A stretch of DNA of 64,000 nt from Desulfobacterales bacterium. Its GTDB lineage: Bacteria; Desulfobacterota; Desulfobacteria; Desulfobacterales; UBA5852. The DNA lies in contig CAXXVS010000002.1 in NCBI GenBank assembly GCA_963674755.2, positions 1,888,001-1,952,000 on the forward strand, written 5' to 3'. The notes under the pieces are model-generated. The model did no database searches. It was not told the DNA's origin and was given only the letters and a program-made list of their open reading frames with translations. The position numbers and the translations under genes were made by a program. This document shows positions 50,251 through 60,773 of the stretch, piece by piece; the stretch's first letter is position 1, and every line of letters starts with the position of its first letter.

Positions 50251-51702
50251 TCAGGCGCCGGGCTTGCGGATCCCGTATTGTTTCAGCAATTGGTAAAGCC
50301 GGGCGCGTTTTAAACCCGAGACGGCGCAGGCCTTGTCCATATCGGCGCGGCAGTGTTCGACGAGTCGTTCCAGATAATCGCGTTCCACCTTTGCGATGGC
50401 TTCGGCCCGATACTGTTTCAGCGCCGGAAAGGCGGTTTCCCCGGCCCGCAACAACGCCGCCGGATCGGCGTGCGGTCCGTCGCAGGGACTCGTCCGCTGG
50501 CGGATATGCTGGGCCCGGATGTATTCCGGCAGGTGTTTGGGATAGAGCGTCGGGCAGGCCGGCTCCATGACCAGGGCACTCTCCACGGTATTGATCAATT
50601 CACGCACGTTGCCCGGCCAGTGATAGCGCATCAGAACATCCAGGAATTCATGCGAAGGGTCTTTGGCCGGCCCGCCGGACCGTTCGCCAAAAGTTTCCAC
50701 GGTGTGGGCCACGATGTCGCGAATATCCTTTTTGCGGTCGCGCAACGCCGGGAGTTCGATCATAAAGGTCCGCAGCCGGAAGAAAAGATCCCGCCGGAAG
50801 CGCTTCTGCTCGACATCCGATTCCAGGTCGCGATTGGTGGCGGAAATCAGCCGGAAATTGCTGCCCACCTCGGTATTACCCCCCACCGGAAGACAGGTCT
50901 TCTCCTGCAGCACCCGCAGAAACGTTTTCTGCATGGCCAGCGGCAATTCGCCCACCTCGTCCAGAAACAGGGTACCGCCGTCGGCCTTCTTGATCAGCCC
51001 CTGGCGCGCCTTTTGCGCACCCGTGAAGGCGCCCCGCACATGGCCGAAGAGAATACTTTCGGCCAGGGTCTGGGGCAGGGCGGCACAATCCACCACCACA
51101 AAGGCGTGGTCGGCCCGGGCACTGTTTTGATGGATGGCCCGCGCCAGCAGCTCTTTACCGGTGCCGGTCTCGCCGCCGATCAGGACGCTGGCGTCGGTCT
51201 TGGCGGCATGGCTCATGAGAACGAGGCACATGAAAAGCTTCGAGCTATGGCCGATGATGCCGCATCGATCGACCGCCAGCGGTTCCGCGAAGGATGCTTT
51301 CTGCCGGCGATATTGGAGGGCCCTCTTCAGGGATAGCCGCAGGTCGTTGATACGGGCCGGTTTTTCGATATAATCCCACACGCCGCTTTGTAGCGCCACT
51401 TTGGCGCCGCCTTTGTCCCCGTACCCCGTAATGATGATGACCTCCGGCGCACGCGGTATGGCCTGGAGGGCGGGGACACAGCTCAGACCGCTGCCGTCGG
51501 GGAGTCGGACATCGAGGAAAATCACGTCAAACGCTCCCGACAAGGCCAGGGAAAGTCCTTCCGCCACGGTTCCGGCGGTTCGAGCTTCAAACCCCTCCTC
51601 TTGGACCATGCGCGCCAGGGTGTAGCACATCCCCTCATCGTCATCCACGATCAGGATCGCGGTCGCCTGGGGTGCCTCCTCTTCCATTTTATCGTTTTTC
51701 AT
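50251..51702 (-). CDS. sigma54-dependent response regulator (NtrC type)
   Basis: REC (IVDDD, LDVRLPD), GETGTGKE, GAFTGA, HTH. Confidence 0.93.
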   Translation of the reverse strand: MKNDKMEEEAPQATAILIVDDDEGMCYTLARMVQEEGFEARTAGTVAEGLSLALSGAFDVIFLDVRLPDGSGLSCVPALQAIPRAPEVIIITGYGDKGGAKVALQSGVWDYIEKPARINDLRLSLKRALQYRRQKASFAEPLAVDRCGIIGHSSKLFMCLVLMSHAAKTDASVLIGGETGTGKELLARAIHQNSARADHAFVVVDCAALPQTLAESILFGHVRGAFTGAQKARQGLIKKADGGTLFLDEVGELPLAMQKTFLRVLQEKTCLPVGGNTEVGSNFRLISATNRDLESDVEQKRFRRDLFFRLRTFMIELPALRDRKKDIRDIVAHTVETFGERSGGPAKDPSHEFLDVLMRYHWPGNVRELINTVESALVMEPACPTLYPKHLPEYIRAQHIRQRTSPCDGPHADPAALLRAGETAFPALKQYRAEAIAKVERDYLERLVEHCRADMDKACAVSGLKRARLYQLLKQYGIRKPGA

Positions 51703-54241
51703 CCAAAACCCTCCGCACGGCCAGGGACAAATCTGTCCGGCTCAGTGGCTTGTTCAAAAACTTCCAGGTCCCCTCGCGCTGCGCCGCCCGTCCCAGATTT
51801 TCGAGTTTCATCCCCGTGTAAAGAATGACCGGCAGATCGGGACGCAGCGCCTGCAACCGCTGGCCGAGGTCAAGACCGTTCAGGTCCGGCATATTGTAAT
51901 CGAGCAAGGCGAGATCGAAACCGTCCGGATCACGCTGGAAAAAGGCCAGCGCCTGCGGACTGTCGAGGAAAAGACGCACCCGATAGCCCAAACCGGACAG
52001 GATCCTTTTGATAATATCCCCCAGGACCGGCTCGTCATCGACCACCAAAATGGCTTCGGATCCTTCGGGCAGGGGTAAGGCGGTTTCGGTCAGGGCGACG
52101 ATATCCGGATGACTCAGACTCGGCAGCAGGACCTGGAAGGTCGTCCCGTTTCCCACCGCGCTGCTCACATAGACGCCCCCCTCGTGCCCCTGGACGATGC
52201 CATGCACGACGGAGAGTCCCAGGCCCGTCCCCTGCCCGACACCCTTGGTCGTAAAAAAAGGGTCGAAAATGCGGTGGAGCTGTTCCTGCGGAATACCGCA
52301 TCCGGTGTCACTGACCGTGAGCAGGGCGTAGGGTCCGGCTTTCAACTCCGGAAAGGCACCGCCCGCGTCCAGGATCTCTTCTTCGGTCAGGGCGATGCGG
52401 ATGACACCACCGCCCGGCGCCATGGCGTGGGCGGCATTGGTACAGAGGTTCAACAAAACCTGCTGCATCTGGGTCGGGTCGGCCATCACGGTGCCGTCGG
52501 TGGCGTCCAGGCGTGTCTGAATCGTCACCGCGGCCGGCAGCGTGGACGCCAGGAATTTGACCACCTCCTTGATAAAGGGCCTTAGCATCAGAGGCTTCGG
52601 TTCGCTTTCATCCTGCCGGCTGAAGGTCAGGATCTGCCGCACCAGGGCTTTGGCCCGCATGCCGGCGTCGACCACCTTTTCCAGATCGTCGCGGGCGAGA
52701 CTGTTGGCGGGAATTTGATCCATGGCCAGTTCGCTGCATCCGATGATCACGCCCAGCATATTGTTGAAATCGTGGGCGATGCCGCCGGCCAACGTGCCGA
52801 TGGCTTCCATTTTCTGGGTCTGGCGCAGTTGGGCCTCGAAGCGCAGCTTTTCGGTCACGTCCCGACTGACCGCGGCACAGCTGATAAACCGGCCGGAGGC
52901 GCTTTTAATGGGCGAGACCGTCGTTTCCATGATAATTTCGCTGCCGTCCTCCTTGCGGTTGGAAAAGGTCCCGGTCCAGACCCGGCCCTGGGTGGCGGTG
53001 TCAAAAGCCTCACGGTAGCGCATCACGTTGCGCTGATCCGCCCCCAGAAAATCGGGCTGGCGGCCGAGGGCCTCCTCCCTGCGGAAGCCTGTCGTCGTCT
53101 CGAAGGCCGGGTTGACGTAATCGATTTCACCCCGGTCGTTGGTAATGATGATGGTGTCCGCCACTTGAACGACAGCGGCCGATAGCCGGCGCAGTTCGGC
53201 CTCGGCGTTTTTGCGGTGGGTAATATCCTGGACCATGCCTTCGATGTGCCGCAAAGCCCCCTGGGCATCGTAAACCGCCCGGCCGTTGATGAGCACCCAG
53301 ATCCGGCGGCCGTCCCTGCGAACCATCCGGGTTTCGAAGGACTGGAGCGTTTTGCTGTCCAGAATCGAGCGGATCATGCGCTGCCGGTCGGCCGGCTGGG
53401 CCCAGTGCTGGGATGCGATGTCGGTGGTTTGGGCAATCACCTGCTCAGGGGAATCATAGCCCAAAATAGCGGCATAGGCGGGGTTGGCACTCAGGATCCG
53501 CCCTTCGCGCGTGGACTGGTAGATGCCCTCCAGGGCGTTTTCAAAGATACTCCGGTATTTCTTTTCGGCCTTCTGAATCGTGGTGAGTTGCAGCTGAATG
53601 CGCCGCCCCATCTGGTGGAGGGTATCGACCAGCGAACGGAATTCGGCGTGGTGCGCCTCGGGCGGCAGCCCCTCATAATGCCCCGCGGCATAAGCGTTGA
53701 CCACGGCATTGAGCCGATCCAGCGGTCTTTTCAGCAGGGTGCGCAGCATGATGCCGGTCAGCAGAGCCAACGCGGCGATATTGAGAATGATGGTCAGGCC
53801 GAATGATCCGAAGAGCTGACGCGTAAAGCGGCTGATGTACCCATGGGTCAGCACGATCCGCACCCTGCCGATGGGGATACCGAGCCGCGAGAGGGTCACG
53901 CTGCGCTCGAAGGATGAGGAGGCTTCCGGTTTGGCCATGGCGATGTCGAGCAGTCCGCGTTTGTCCTGAACCTGGATGCCCATGATCAGATCGTTCTGGA
54001 GATAGGTCCGGCAGACCGCATTGATGGTTTCGTAATCGTAGTTCCACAAGGGGGTCACGAGGGTATCCTTGAGGAAGGCCACGTATTCGTCCGCTTTGGC
54101 CTGCAGCTCGGACTGGGCCTTGTGCTTGGCCGTGTAGTAGGCTGTGACAAAGGCGATGGAGGAGACCAGCGCCGCAATCAGGATAAGCCCGAGGGTCAAA
54201 TCCTTGGATAGGGAGCGGGGGGATGCTTTCAGGATGCCCAT
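51689..54241 (-). CDS. Hybrid sensor histidine kinase (TM-HAMP-PAS-PAS-HisKA-HATPase-REC)
   Basis: AGGIAHDFNN, FFTTKGVGQGTGLGL, C-terminal REC. Confidence 0.93.
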   Translation of the reverse strand: MGILKASPRSLSKDLTLGLILIAALVSSIAFVTAYYTAKHKAQSELQAKADEYVAFLKDTLVTPLWNYDYETINAVCRTYLQNDLIMGIQVQDKRGLLDIAMAKPEASSSFERSVTLSRLGIPIGRVRIVLTHGYISRFTRQLFGSFGLTIILNIAALALLTGIMLRTLLKRPLDRLNAVVNAYAAGHYEGLPPEAHHAEFRSLVDTLHQMGRRIQLQLTTIQKAEKKYRSIFENALEGIYQSTREGRILSANPAYAAILGYDSPEQVIAQTTDIASQHWAQPADRQRMIRSILDSKTLQSFETRMVRRDGRRIWVLINGRAVYDAQGALRHIEGMVQDITHRKNAEAELRRLSAAVVQVADTIIITNDRGEIDYVNPAFETTTGFRREEALGRQPDFLGADQRNVMRYREAFDTATQGRVWTGTFSNRKEDGSEIIMETTVSPIKSASGRFISCAAVSRDVTEKLRFEAQLRQTQKMEAIGTLAGGIAHDFNNMLGVIIGCSELAMDQIPANSLARDDLEKVVDAGMRAKALVRQILTFSRQDESEPKPLMLRPFIKEVVKFLASTLPAAVTIQTRLDATDGTVMADPTQMQQVLLNLCTNAAHAMAPGGGVIRIALTEEEILDAGGAFPELKAGPYALLTVSDTGCGIPQEQLHRIFDPFFTTKGVGQGTGLGLSVVHGIVQGHEGGVYVSSAVGNGTTFQVLLPSLSHPDIVALTETALPLPEGSEAILVVDDEPVLGDIIKRILSGLGYRVRLFLDSPQALAFFQRDPDGFDLALLDYNMPDLNGLDLGQRLQALRPDLPVILYTGMKLENLGRAAQREGTWKFLNKPLSRTDLSLAVRRVLDEKR

Positions 54242-54304
54242 CGATCAGCCGTCCTTTCATCGATCAGCTTGCTGCCACCGGCGGATCGGGATTCTGCCGT
54301 GCCG

Positions 54305-55471
54305 TCAAATGAAACGTTTCATGAGCTCGTCGATGGCCGCATCCACATTGCCGGCATGGATCCCGTACTGCCGGCAGGCCTGCGCCACCCGGTCCCGTCG
54401 ATCAGGTACCGCCAAGTCCGCCAGGCGGGTGAAAAGCCCCAGGCGGCGGCCCACCTGGTAGAGGACCTGCTCTTCCGGGGGCAAGGCCAGGAAATCCCGG
54501 ATGACCCGGGTCATGGCGGCTTTGTCCGCGGGCAGGCGGCCTTCCACCTCCTGGAAGAGATTGAGAATGTGGTCGCTCTTGATAATGCTGGAAATCCCCT
54601 CCAGATGTTCCAGGAAGAGCAGGGTTTCTTCCGCCATTTCACGGTCCGTCAGTTTGACGAAACGACCGGCCGCGGAATCCTCGTAGAGCGCGGTGTGGTT
54701 GGGAATGGCCAGGGTGCGCAGCCGGATGAAATCCGGATCGATCTGATTGAGGGCCTCGGCGGTCTCCAGGGCGTGCTCCCGGGAGAGATCCCGCCCCCCC
54801 AGGCCCGGCATGACGTATTCGGAGAGTTCCATCCCGGCCTGTTTGATCTTGCGGCCGGCCTTGATGTGAACGGCCTTGCTGACCCCCTTTTGCATGCGGG
54901 CCAGCACCCGGTCCGATCCGGATTCCAGCCCGATATGGATGCGGTTCAGACCGGCATCGGCATAAGCGCGCAAGTCCTCTCCTGCGATGCGGGCCACGGT
55001 GTGGGAACGGGCATAGGAGGTGATGCGTTCCACCGAGGGGAAACAGGCGCGCAAACGGGCCAGGACCTGCTTCAGGTCCTCCGGTTTGATGATCAGGCTG
55101 TTGGCGTCCTGGAGAAAAATGGAACGCATGCCGCCGGAGAACCAGTGCAGGGCCGCCTGGAAAGCGCCGTCGTCGCGCGGGACCACGCTGCTGCCCACCC
55201 GGTGCACATCATCGGGGGTGATGCGCCCTGCCCCGCCGGCTGCCTCCTGCAGGGCCGCGACGTAGCGCTGCACCCGATCGATGTCTTCGATCACATGGGC
55301 AACTGGCCGCAGAGAAAAGCGCCGGCCCTTGTAGACCGGGCAGAAGCGGCAGCGGTTCCAGGGGCAGTTGCGCGTTACACGGATCAGCAGACTGTCAGCT
55401 TCGCTGGGGGGCCGGATGGGACCCTGTTCGAAGCCCTGGTAGCGCTGCTTTTCTTCTCTGCTGGGGATCAT
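54305..55471 (-). CDS. Radical SAM protein
   Basis: GPIRPPSEA, CPWNRCRFC, GLESG. Confidence 0.88.
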   Translation of the reverse strand: MIPSREEKQRYQGFEQGPIRPPSEADSLLIRVTRNCPWNRCRFCPVYKGRRFSLRPVAHVIEDIDRVQRYVAALQEAAGGAGRITPDDVHRVGSSVVPRDDGAFQAALHWFSGGMRSIFLQDANSLIIKPEDLKQVLARLRACFPSVERITSYARSHTVARIAGEDLRAYADAGLNRIHIGLESGSDRVLARMQKGVSKAVHIKAGRKIKQAGMELSEYVMPGLGGRDLSREHALETAEALNQIDPDFIRLRTLAIPNHTALYEDSAAGRFVKLTDREMAEETLLFLEHLEGISSIIKSDHILNLFQEVEGRLPADKAAMTRVIRDFLALPPEEQVLYQVGRRLGLFTRLADLAVPDRRDRVAQACRQYGIHAGNVDAAIDELMKRFI

Positions 55472-55583
55472 GATCGTCGTCTCCGCACGGAAAGCGATTG
55501 ATCCCCTTACATATCTTCAGGGTGGCGAAAAGTAAAGAATGCCGGCCGGTGGGCGCAGAAGCGGTCGGTCTATGCGCGCCGCT

Positions 55584-56912
55584 TCAGGGGCGCGCCGCTT
55601 GGCCAGCCGGGGGAGGCGGGGCGGCCGGGAGGGCCTCCTCGCCGGGCGCCGTCTTCTGCCAGCGGAAGCGGATCTTGGCCCCGCCATAGGGGCACTGGTC
55701 CACGCAGCGCAGGCACATGAGGCACTCGGCCATGGGAATCTTCGGCGATATGCCCTCCCGTAAGGCCTCCCGGTCGATAATGCCGGTGGGGCAGATATCG
55801 GCGCATTGCATACAGGAAAACTTCTTGCACTGCCGGGCGCCGATCACGATCTTGATCAGGCCCATGCGCGCGGCCAGGGCCAGCACCGCGCCCACCGGGC
55901 AGAAATAGCGGCACCAGCTCCGGCGCTGGCCCACTTCAAGGGCGGCCACCGCCGGGAAAATCGCCATCTGGACGCCCGCGAGCAGACCGTTGGGGCCGTA
56001 AGAGCGGCACAGGCTGCCGATGGGACAGACCGTACAAAAGGGTTGAAACCCCAGACCGGCACTGGCGCCCACCGCGCCGGCCAGCACCCCGTATTTGATC
56101 ATGCGGTTTTTAAGAAACCGGGGCAATCCGAACGTGGGGGTCACCTTGCCCACCAGGTCGAGCAAAAACCCGAAGGGGCAGATCCAGCCGCAAAACACGC
56201 GCCCCAGCAGCAGGGTCAGCACCATGAGGATCGCCGCCGACCCCAGACCGGTCAGCCACAGGGTCCGGGAGGAGGCCAGGTTCTGCAGAAAACCGGTGGG
56301 GCAGGCCAGGTTGACCGCCCCGGCTCGGAAATAGCAGAAGGTTCCCACGAACACCATCACCAGCAAAAAGAAGGCCAGGGCCTGAACCGGCCAGCGCAGC
56401 AGCCTGATCCAGCCGAAAGCCTTGCCCCGGGTAAGCTTGAGGGCCTTTTCCGGGCATTGCTTTACACATGCCGGGTCGCCGTTGCACAGATCGCACTTTT
56501 CGACGCGGCCGGTCTCCGGATCTTTCAAGGGCGCCGCTTCCGGACAGGCCAGAGCGCACAGGCCGCAGTCCGTGCAAAGACGCCGCTCGATGCGCACGAT
56601 TCCGTCTTCCCCCTTGGCAATGGCACGGGTGGGACAGACCGCCATGCACAGGGGGTCCCGGCAGTGCTGGCAGTAAATGGCAAAGTTTCGGCCGTCCTTC
56701 TCCGCCGTGAGCACACGGATGGCTGCGACCGCCGGGCCGTCCTCCAGGGAATGCCGGTTGGCGCAGGCGGTCACGCATTCGCCGCAGCCCGTACAGCGCG
56801 CCGGATCGAACAGCATCACCGGCGGCCGGCGGGGCAGCTTGCGCTTCCCGGTCCGGGGCCGCAGCTCTTCCATGGTGATCATCGTTTCGACTCCGTTGGC
56901 TCTATCCAGCAT
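55584..56912 (-). CDS. Fusion: DmsB/CooF-like 4x[4Fe-4S] domain + NapH/MauN-like membrane polyferredoxin
   Basis: CTGCGEC, CQHCRDPLCMAVCP, KCDLC; then TM helices with GRVFCGWICPFG and WCRYFCPVG. Confidence 0.82.
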   Translation of the reverse strand: MLDRANGVETMITMEELRPRTGKRKLPRRPPVMLFDPARCTGCGECVTACANRHSLEDGPAVAAIRVLTAEKDGRNFAIYCQHCRDPLCMAVCPTRAIAKGEDGIVRIERRLCTDCGLCALACPEAAPLKDPETGRVEKCDLCNGDPACVKQCPEKALKLTRGKAFGWIRLLRWPVQALAFFLLVMVFVGTFCYFRAGAVNLACPTGFLQNLASSRTLWLTGLGSAAILMVLTLLLGRVFCGWICPFGFLLDLVGKVTPTFGLPRFLKNRMIKYGVLAGAVGASAGLGFQPFCTVCPIGSLCRSYGPNGLLAGVQMAIFPAVAALEVGQRRSWCRYFCPVGAVLALAARMGLIKIVIGARQCKKFSCMQCADICPTGIIDREALREGISPKIPMAECLMCLRCVDQCPYGGAKIRFRWQKTAPGEEALPAAPPPPAGQAARP

Positions 56913-57414
56913 CGTGTTTCCGCTGCTCTTGTTGTTGGTCTGGCCGCAGGGAGGGAGCCCCAGCGTTGTGCCGGGCATACCGGTGCTGCCGGCATACGGC
57001 ACAGGTGGCCAGGTAATCCCCGGCGGGATGGCCCAGACGCGCCTGGACAAAGGCCTCCACCGGCCGGGGCACAAAGGGCGTGCCACAGATGGCGCAGGGG
57101 CGGATCTGGTCATCCCGGCCCGTTTCGACGGCCAGCCGGCGCAATCCCTGGATCAGGTCCCGGCAACTGACCCCTTCCGGGCAGACATCGGTGCCGGCAT
57201 TGCATCCGGTGCAGCACCAGATGGCCGGATCCTGGAGAAGGTCGTCGTCCGTCAACGCCCTGCGGATGATGCCCCGGGGCGACATCTCCCACCGGAAGTC
57301 AGGGTACATTTCCACCATGGGGCAGGCCGCCACGCACTTGCCGCACTCCACGCAGCCCCGGGCGCCCGTGGCCGTCAGGATGGCGTCCATTTTTGCTTTC
57401 AGGGATTCGGACAT
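56902..57414 (-). CDS. HdrC-like 4Fe-4S protein with C-terminal CxxC pair
   Basis: CVECGKCVAACP, IWCCTGCNAGTDVCP. Confidence 0.78.
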   Translation of the reverse strand: MSESLKAKMDAILTATGARGCVECGKCVAACPMVEMYPDFRWEMSPRGIIRRALTDDDLLQDPAIWCCTGCNAGTDVCPEGVSCRDLIQGLRRLAVETGRDDQIRPCAICGTPFVPRPVEAFVQARLGHPAGDYLATCAVCRQHRYARHNAGAPSLRPDQQQEQRKHDAG

Positions 57415-59447
57415 GTCGCCTCCCTGACGATTTGGGCCGCACAGGCCTTGAATTCAGGCACCTCGGAAACCGGGTCCAGAGCATTGTTGGTCAAGGCGTC
57501 GGCCGGCGCTTCGTTAAAATGAAAGGCGGCAAACACCGTCCCCGCAGCCACCTTCGGCACCACCCGGGCCGTGGTCATTATGGCGCCGCGTCGCGTCTCG
57601 ACCCGGATGCGGTCCCCGTCACAGATCCCCCGGCCTTGTGCATCCTGCGGGTTGACCTCCACAAAGGGTCGGTCCACCTCGCGCTGAAGGGACGGGGACC
57701 GTCGCGTCATGGTGCCGGTGTGGTAATGGCAAAACATCCGGCCGGTGATCAGCACCAGCGGATAGCGCTCGTCCGGCATCTCCCGGGGGGGCTGGTAGTC
57801 CGGTACCACGAACAGGCCCCGCCCCCGGGCGAATTGTTCCTGGTGCAGCACGGCCGTCCCTGGATGATTGGTATCCGGACAAGGCCACTGCAAGCCCCCT
57901 GCGTTCAGCCGCCCGTAGCGGATGCCGCCATAGGAGGGCGTCAGCGATGCGATCTCGTCCATGACCGCGGCGCTGTCGGCATAGCTGAAATCCAGGCCCA
58001 GGGCCTGTCCCACCCGGCACAGGATCGTTAAATCGTCCCGGGCGTCTCCCGGCGGATCCACGGCTTTGCGGAGGCGCTGCACCCGGCGCTCGGTATTGGT
58101 AAAGGTGCCCTCCTTTTCGGCAAAGCAGGCCGCCGGCAGCACCAGGTCGGCCAGGCGCGTGGTGTCGGTAGGAAAGATGTCCTGGACCACCAGGAAATCG
58201 AGCCGCTTTAGAAATTCAATGGTGTGCCGCTGGTCGGGGTCGCTCATCACCGGGTTCTCCCCCATGATATAGGCCGCCCGGATCGGGCTTTCGGCAGCAG
58301 CCATGGCCGCGGTCACGGTCAGGCCGGGTTCCGCCGGCAGCGAACCGCCCCATTGCGCTTCGAAGCGGGCCCGCACGCGGTCATCGTCGACCTTCTGGTA
58401 GCCGGGCAGCACATTCGGCAGCCCCCCCATGTCGCAGGCCCCCTGGACATTGCATTGGCCGCGCAGGGGGCAGATGCCGGCCTGGGGCCTGCCCACCTGG
58501 CCGCACATCAGCGCCAGATTGCACACCGCAAATACATTGGCCGTGCCGCACACATGCTGGGTAATGCCCATGCAAAAAACGATCATGGCCGCGGGCGCCC
58601 GGGCGTAATCCTCGGCCACCTGCCGGATCAGCTCCGGCGCCACGCCGCATACCGTTGCGGCCCGCTCCGGCGCCCAATCGTCCAGGTGGGCAGCAAGGGC
58701 CGCCAACCCCTCGGTGCGCTGATCGATAAAGGTCTGGTCCGCCAGTCCGTTGGCCAGGAGGTGATGCATCATGCCGTTAAAAAGCGGGATGTCGGTGCCG
58801 GGCCGCAGGGTCAGATGGAGATCGGCGTTCCTGGCCATTTCCGTGGTCCGGGGATCGATCACCACCAGCCGGGCCCCTTTTTCCCGGGCCCGGTAGATTT
58901 CCCCCATGGCCACCGGAAAGGTCTCGGCCGCGTTGGATCCGACGGCCAGGATGAAATCGGTATTGGCAAAATCCGCCAGGGAATTGGTCATGGCGCCGCT
59001 GCCCAGGGCCCGGCCCATGGCCGCCACGGTGGGGCCGTGGCAAAGACGGGCGCAGTGGTCCACATTGTTGGAACCGAAGCCCCGACGGATCAGCTTCTGG
59101 AACAGGTAGTTCTCCTCGTTGGTGCAGCGGGCCGAGCAGAGGCCGCCCACCGCGCCGGCACCATGGCGCTCCGCCACCTCACCCAGCCGCCCTACCAGGA
59201 CGTCGATGGCCTCGTCCCAGGAAATGTCAACAAAACGCCCGCCCTTTTTCAGCAGGGGTGTCGTCAGCCGGTCCGGATGGTGGATAAATTCGCCGGCCGA
59301 CCAGCCCTTGATGCACAAGGTGCCCTTGGAGACAGGATGCCCCCGGTCCGGCTGGCAGCCCACCACCCGGCCGTCGCGTACCGTCAGGATGAGGCCGCAG
59401 CCGGTACCGCAATAGGGGCAGATGGTTTTTACGAAATCAGGTCCCAT
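57399..59447 (-). CDS. fdhF: Cytoplasmic formate dehydrogenase alpha subunit (FdhF-like, Cys-type)
   Basis: CPYCGTGCG, DHCARLCH (TGC codon), LRGQCNVQG, GTFTNTERRVQ; no Tat signal. Confidence 0.92.
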   Translation of the reverse strand: MGPDFVKTICPYCGTGCGLILTVRDGRVVGCQPDRGHPVSKGTLCIKGWSAGEFIHHPDRLTTPLLKKGGRFVDISWDEAIDVLVGRLGEVAERHGAGAVGGLCSARCTNEENYLFQKLIRRGFGSNNVDHCARLCHGPTVAAMGRALGSGAMTNSLADFANTDFILAVGSNAAETFPVAMGEIYRAREKGARLVVIDPRTTEMARNADLHLTLRPGTDIPLFNGMMHHLLANGLADQTFIDQRTEGLAALAAHLDDWAPERAATVCGVAPELIRQVAEDYARAPAAMIVFCMGITQHVCGTANVFAVCNLALMCGQVGRPQAGICPLRGQCNVQGACDMGGLPNVLPGYQKVDDDRVRARFEAQWGGSLPAEPGLTVTAAMAAAESPIRAAYIMGENPVMSDPDQRHTIEFLKRLDFLVVQDIFPTDTTRLADLVLPAACFAEKEGTFTNTERRVQRLRKAVDPPGDARDDLTILCRVGQALGLDFSYADSAAVMDEIASLTPSYGGIRYGRLNAGGLQWPCPDTNHPGTAVLHQEQFARGRGLFVVPDYQPPREMPDERYPLVLITGRMFCHYHTGTMTRRSPSLQREVDRPFVEVNPQDAQGRGICDGDRIRVETRRGAIMTTARVVPKVAAGTVFAAFHFNEAPADALTNNALDPVSEVPEFKACAAQIVREATCPNP

Positions 59448-60289
59448 GACGTTTCCTCGATGGAATCGGTCCAATCGGGAAGGGCAATCTCCTGCGCCGG
59501 CGCATCGATATAGTTGGCCAGCAGCGGCGACAACCGCTCCGCTTCCGTCCCAGCGTCGTACTGATAGCTGCGCTGCAGGGCGTTTCGCAGGGGAAGCTGC
59601 AGCAGCATCAGCGGGATGCCCACCGGGCAGGCCTCCTGACAGGCGCCGCAGGCCACGCAGGCATCGGCCACATGCATGGCCCGCACCAAATGGAAGGTGA
59701 GCATGTCCGGCGCGATCTCGCCCGGCGCCGTCCACACACGATCCTCCAGTTTGCAGCTCTCGCAATGGCACACCGGACAGGCATTGCGGCAGCCGTAGCA
59801 CTTGATGCAGCGGGAAAACACCTCCTGCCATTTGGCAAGCCGGACGGCACGCTCCCCGCCCAGGTATTGGCGGACCAGGTCGCTGCGGGACAGATCGGCG
59901 CCGGCCGCCTTTTCACCTGCGTCCACCCGGGACGGCCAAGGACGCCGGCACAGGCAGCGCTGGGCCTGGGCGGCTGAGCAGGCCACCCCGATCATGTGCA
60001 GACGTCCGGGATCGAGGCGGTGGCGTTTGCCCAGTTCCACCAGGGCCCGTTCGTCACAGCCCCGGCACACCACTGCCAGGCGGTAACTCTCCGGGGTCTG
60101 GACCAGCACGGACAGCGCGATTTTGGCCAACACCCATTTGGGCTCCAGCACCAGAGCGGCCAGCGCGTCGGCCTTGTCGAAGACCCGGGGCGCCACGCCG
60201 TCCTCATCCCCGGCAAGCCCCAGGACCCCGTCGGCGGTTTGATGTTCGAGTATGTCCCGGGCCATCCCGCGGACCGTATCAAGCGTCAT
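59429..60289 (-). CDS. FdhB/FlxB-like 4Fe-4S subunit
   Basis: RGCDERAL, CIKCYGCRNACPVCHC, FHLVRAMH, CVACGACQEACP. Confidence 0.8.
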   Translation of the reverse strand: MTLDTVRGMARDILEHQTADGVLGLAGDEDGVAPRVFDKADALAALVLEPKWVLAKIALSVLVQTPESYRLAVVCRGCDERALVELGKRHRLDPGRLHMIGVACSAAQAQRCLCRRPWPSRVDAGEKAAGADLSRSDLVRQYLGGERAVRLAKWQEVFSRCIKCYGCRNACPVCHCESCKLEDRVWTAPGEIAPDMLTFHLVRAMHVADACVACGACQEACPVGIPLMLLQLPLRNALQRSYQYDAGTEAERLSPLLANYIDAPAQEIALPDWTDSIEETSWDLIS

Positions 60290-60773
60290 CGCCCCAACCT
60301 CCAAGGACAGGGTCCGTCTTCGTCACCCGGCACGTCAGGGCGGACAGGGCCGCTATCCGCTGGGAAAAGCGCCGCATCAGGGCCGCGAACTGGTGGCCTT
60401 CATGGGCGGTCCCGAAACTGGTCAACAGCCGGTCCGCGCCGATCCCCACGGTTTCGAGCAGGGTGGTCAGCAGGGCCATGCGTTTGGCCGCGGCATGGTT
60501 GGCCCGGTTGTAGCGGCAGCCGTCCAGGTGACAGCCCAGGACCGCCACCCCCTCCGCCCCGGCGGAAAAAGCCTTGAGGATGACATCCGGATCGACCCCG
60601 GCGGCGCATTCCACCGGCACGCAGCGGAAACCCGCCGGCATGGGCAGCCGTTGCCGCCCGGCCTCGTCCGCGCCGATCCCGGAACACCACCGGCAGGCAA
60701 AGACCAGGATTTTCGGATCGGCCCCATCCTGGGGTCGGTTTGCGATCGTTTTTTCGGTGACGCATGCGGTCAT
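60279..60773 (-). CDS. mvhD: MvhD-like [2Fe-2S] subunit
   Basis: FACRWCS, VECAAGVD, LGCHLDGCRY. Confidence 0.85.
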   Translation of the reverse strand: MTACVTEKTIANRPQDGADPKILVFACRWCSGIGADEAGRQRLPMPAGFRCVPVECAAGVDPDVILKAFSAGAEGVAVLGCHLDGCRYNRANHAAAKRMALLTTLLETVGIGADRLLTSFGTAHEGHQFAALMRRFSQRIAALSALTCRVTKTDPVLGGWGDDA

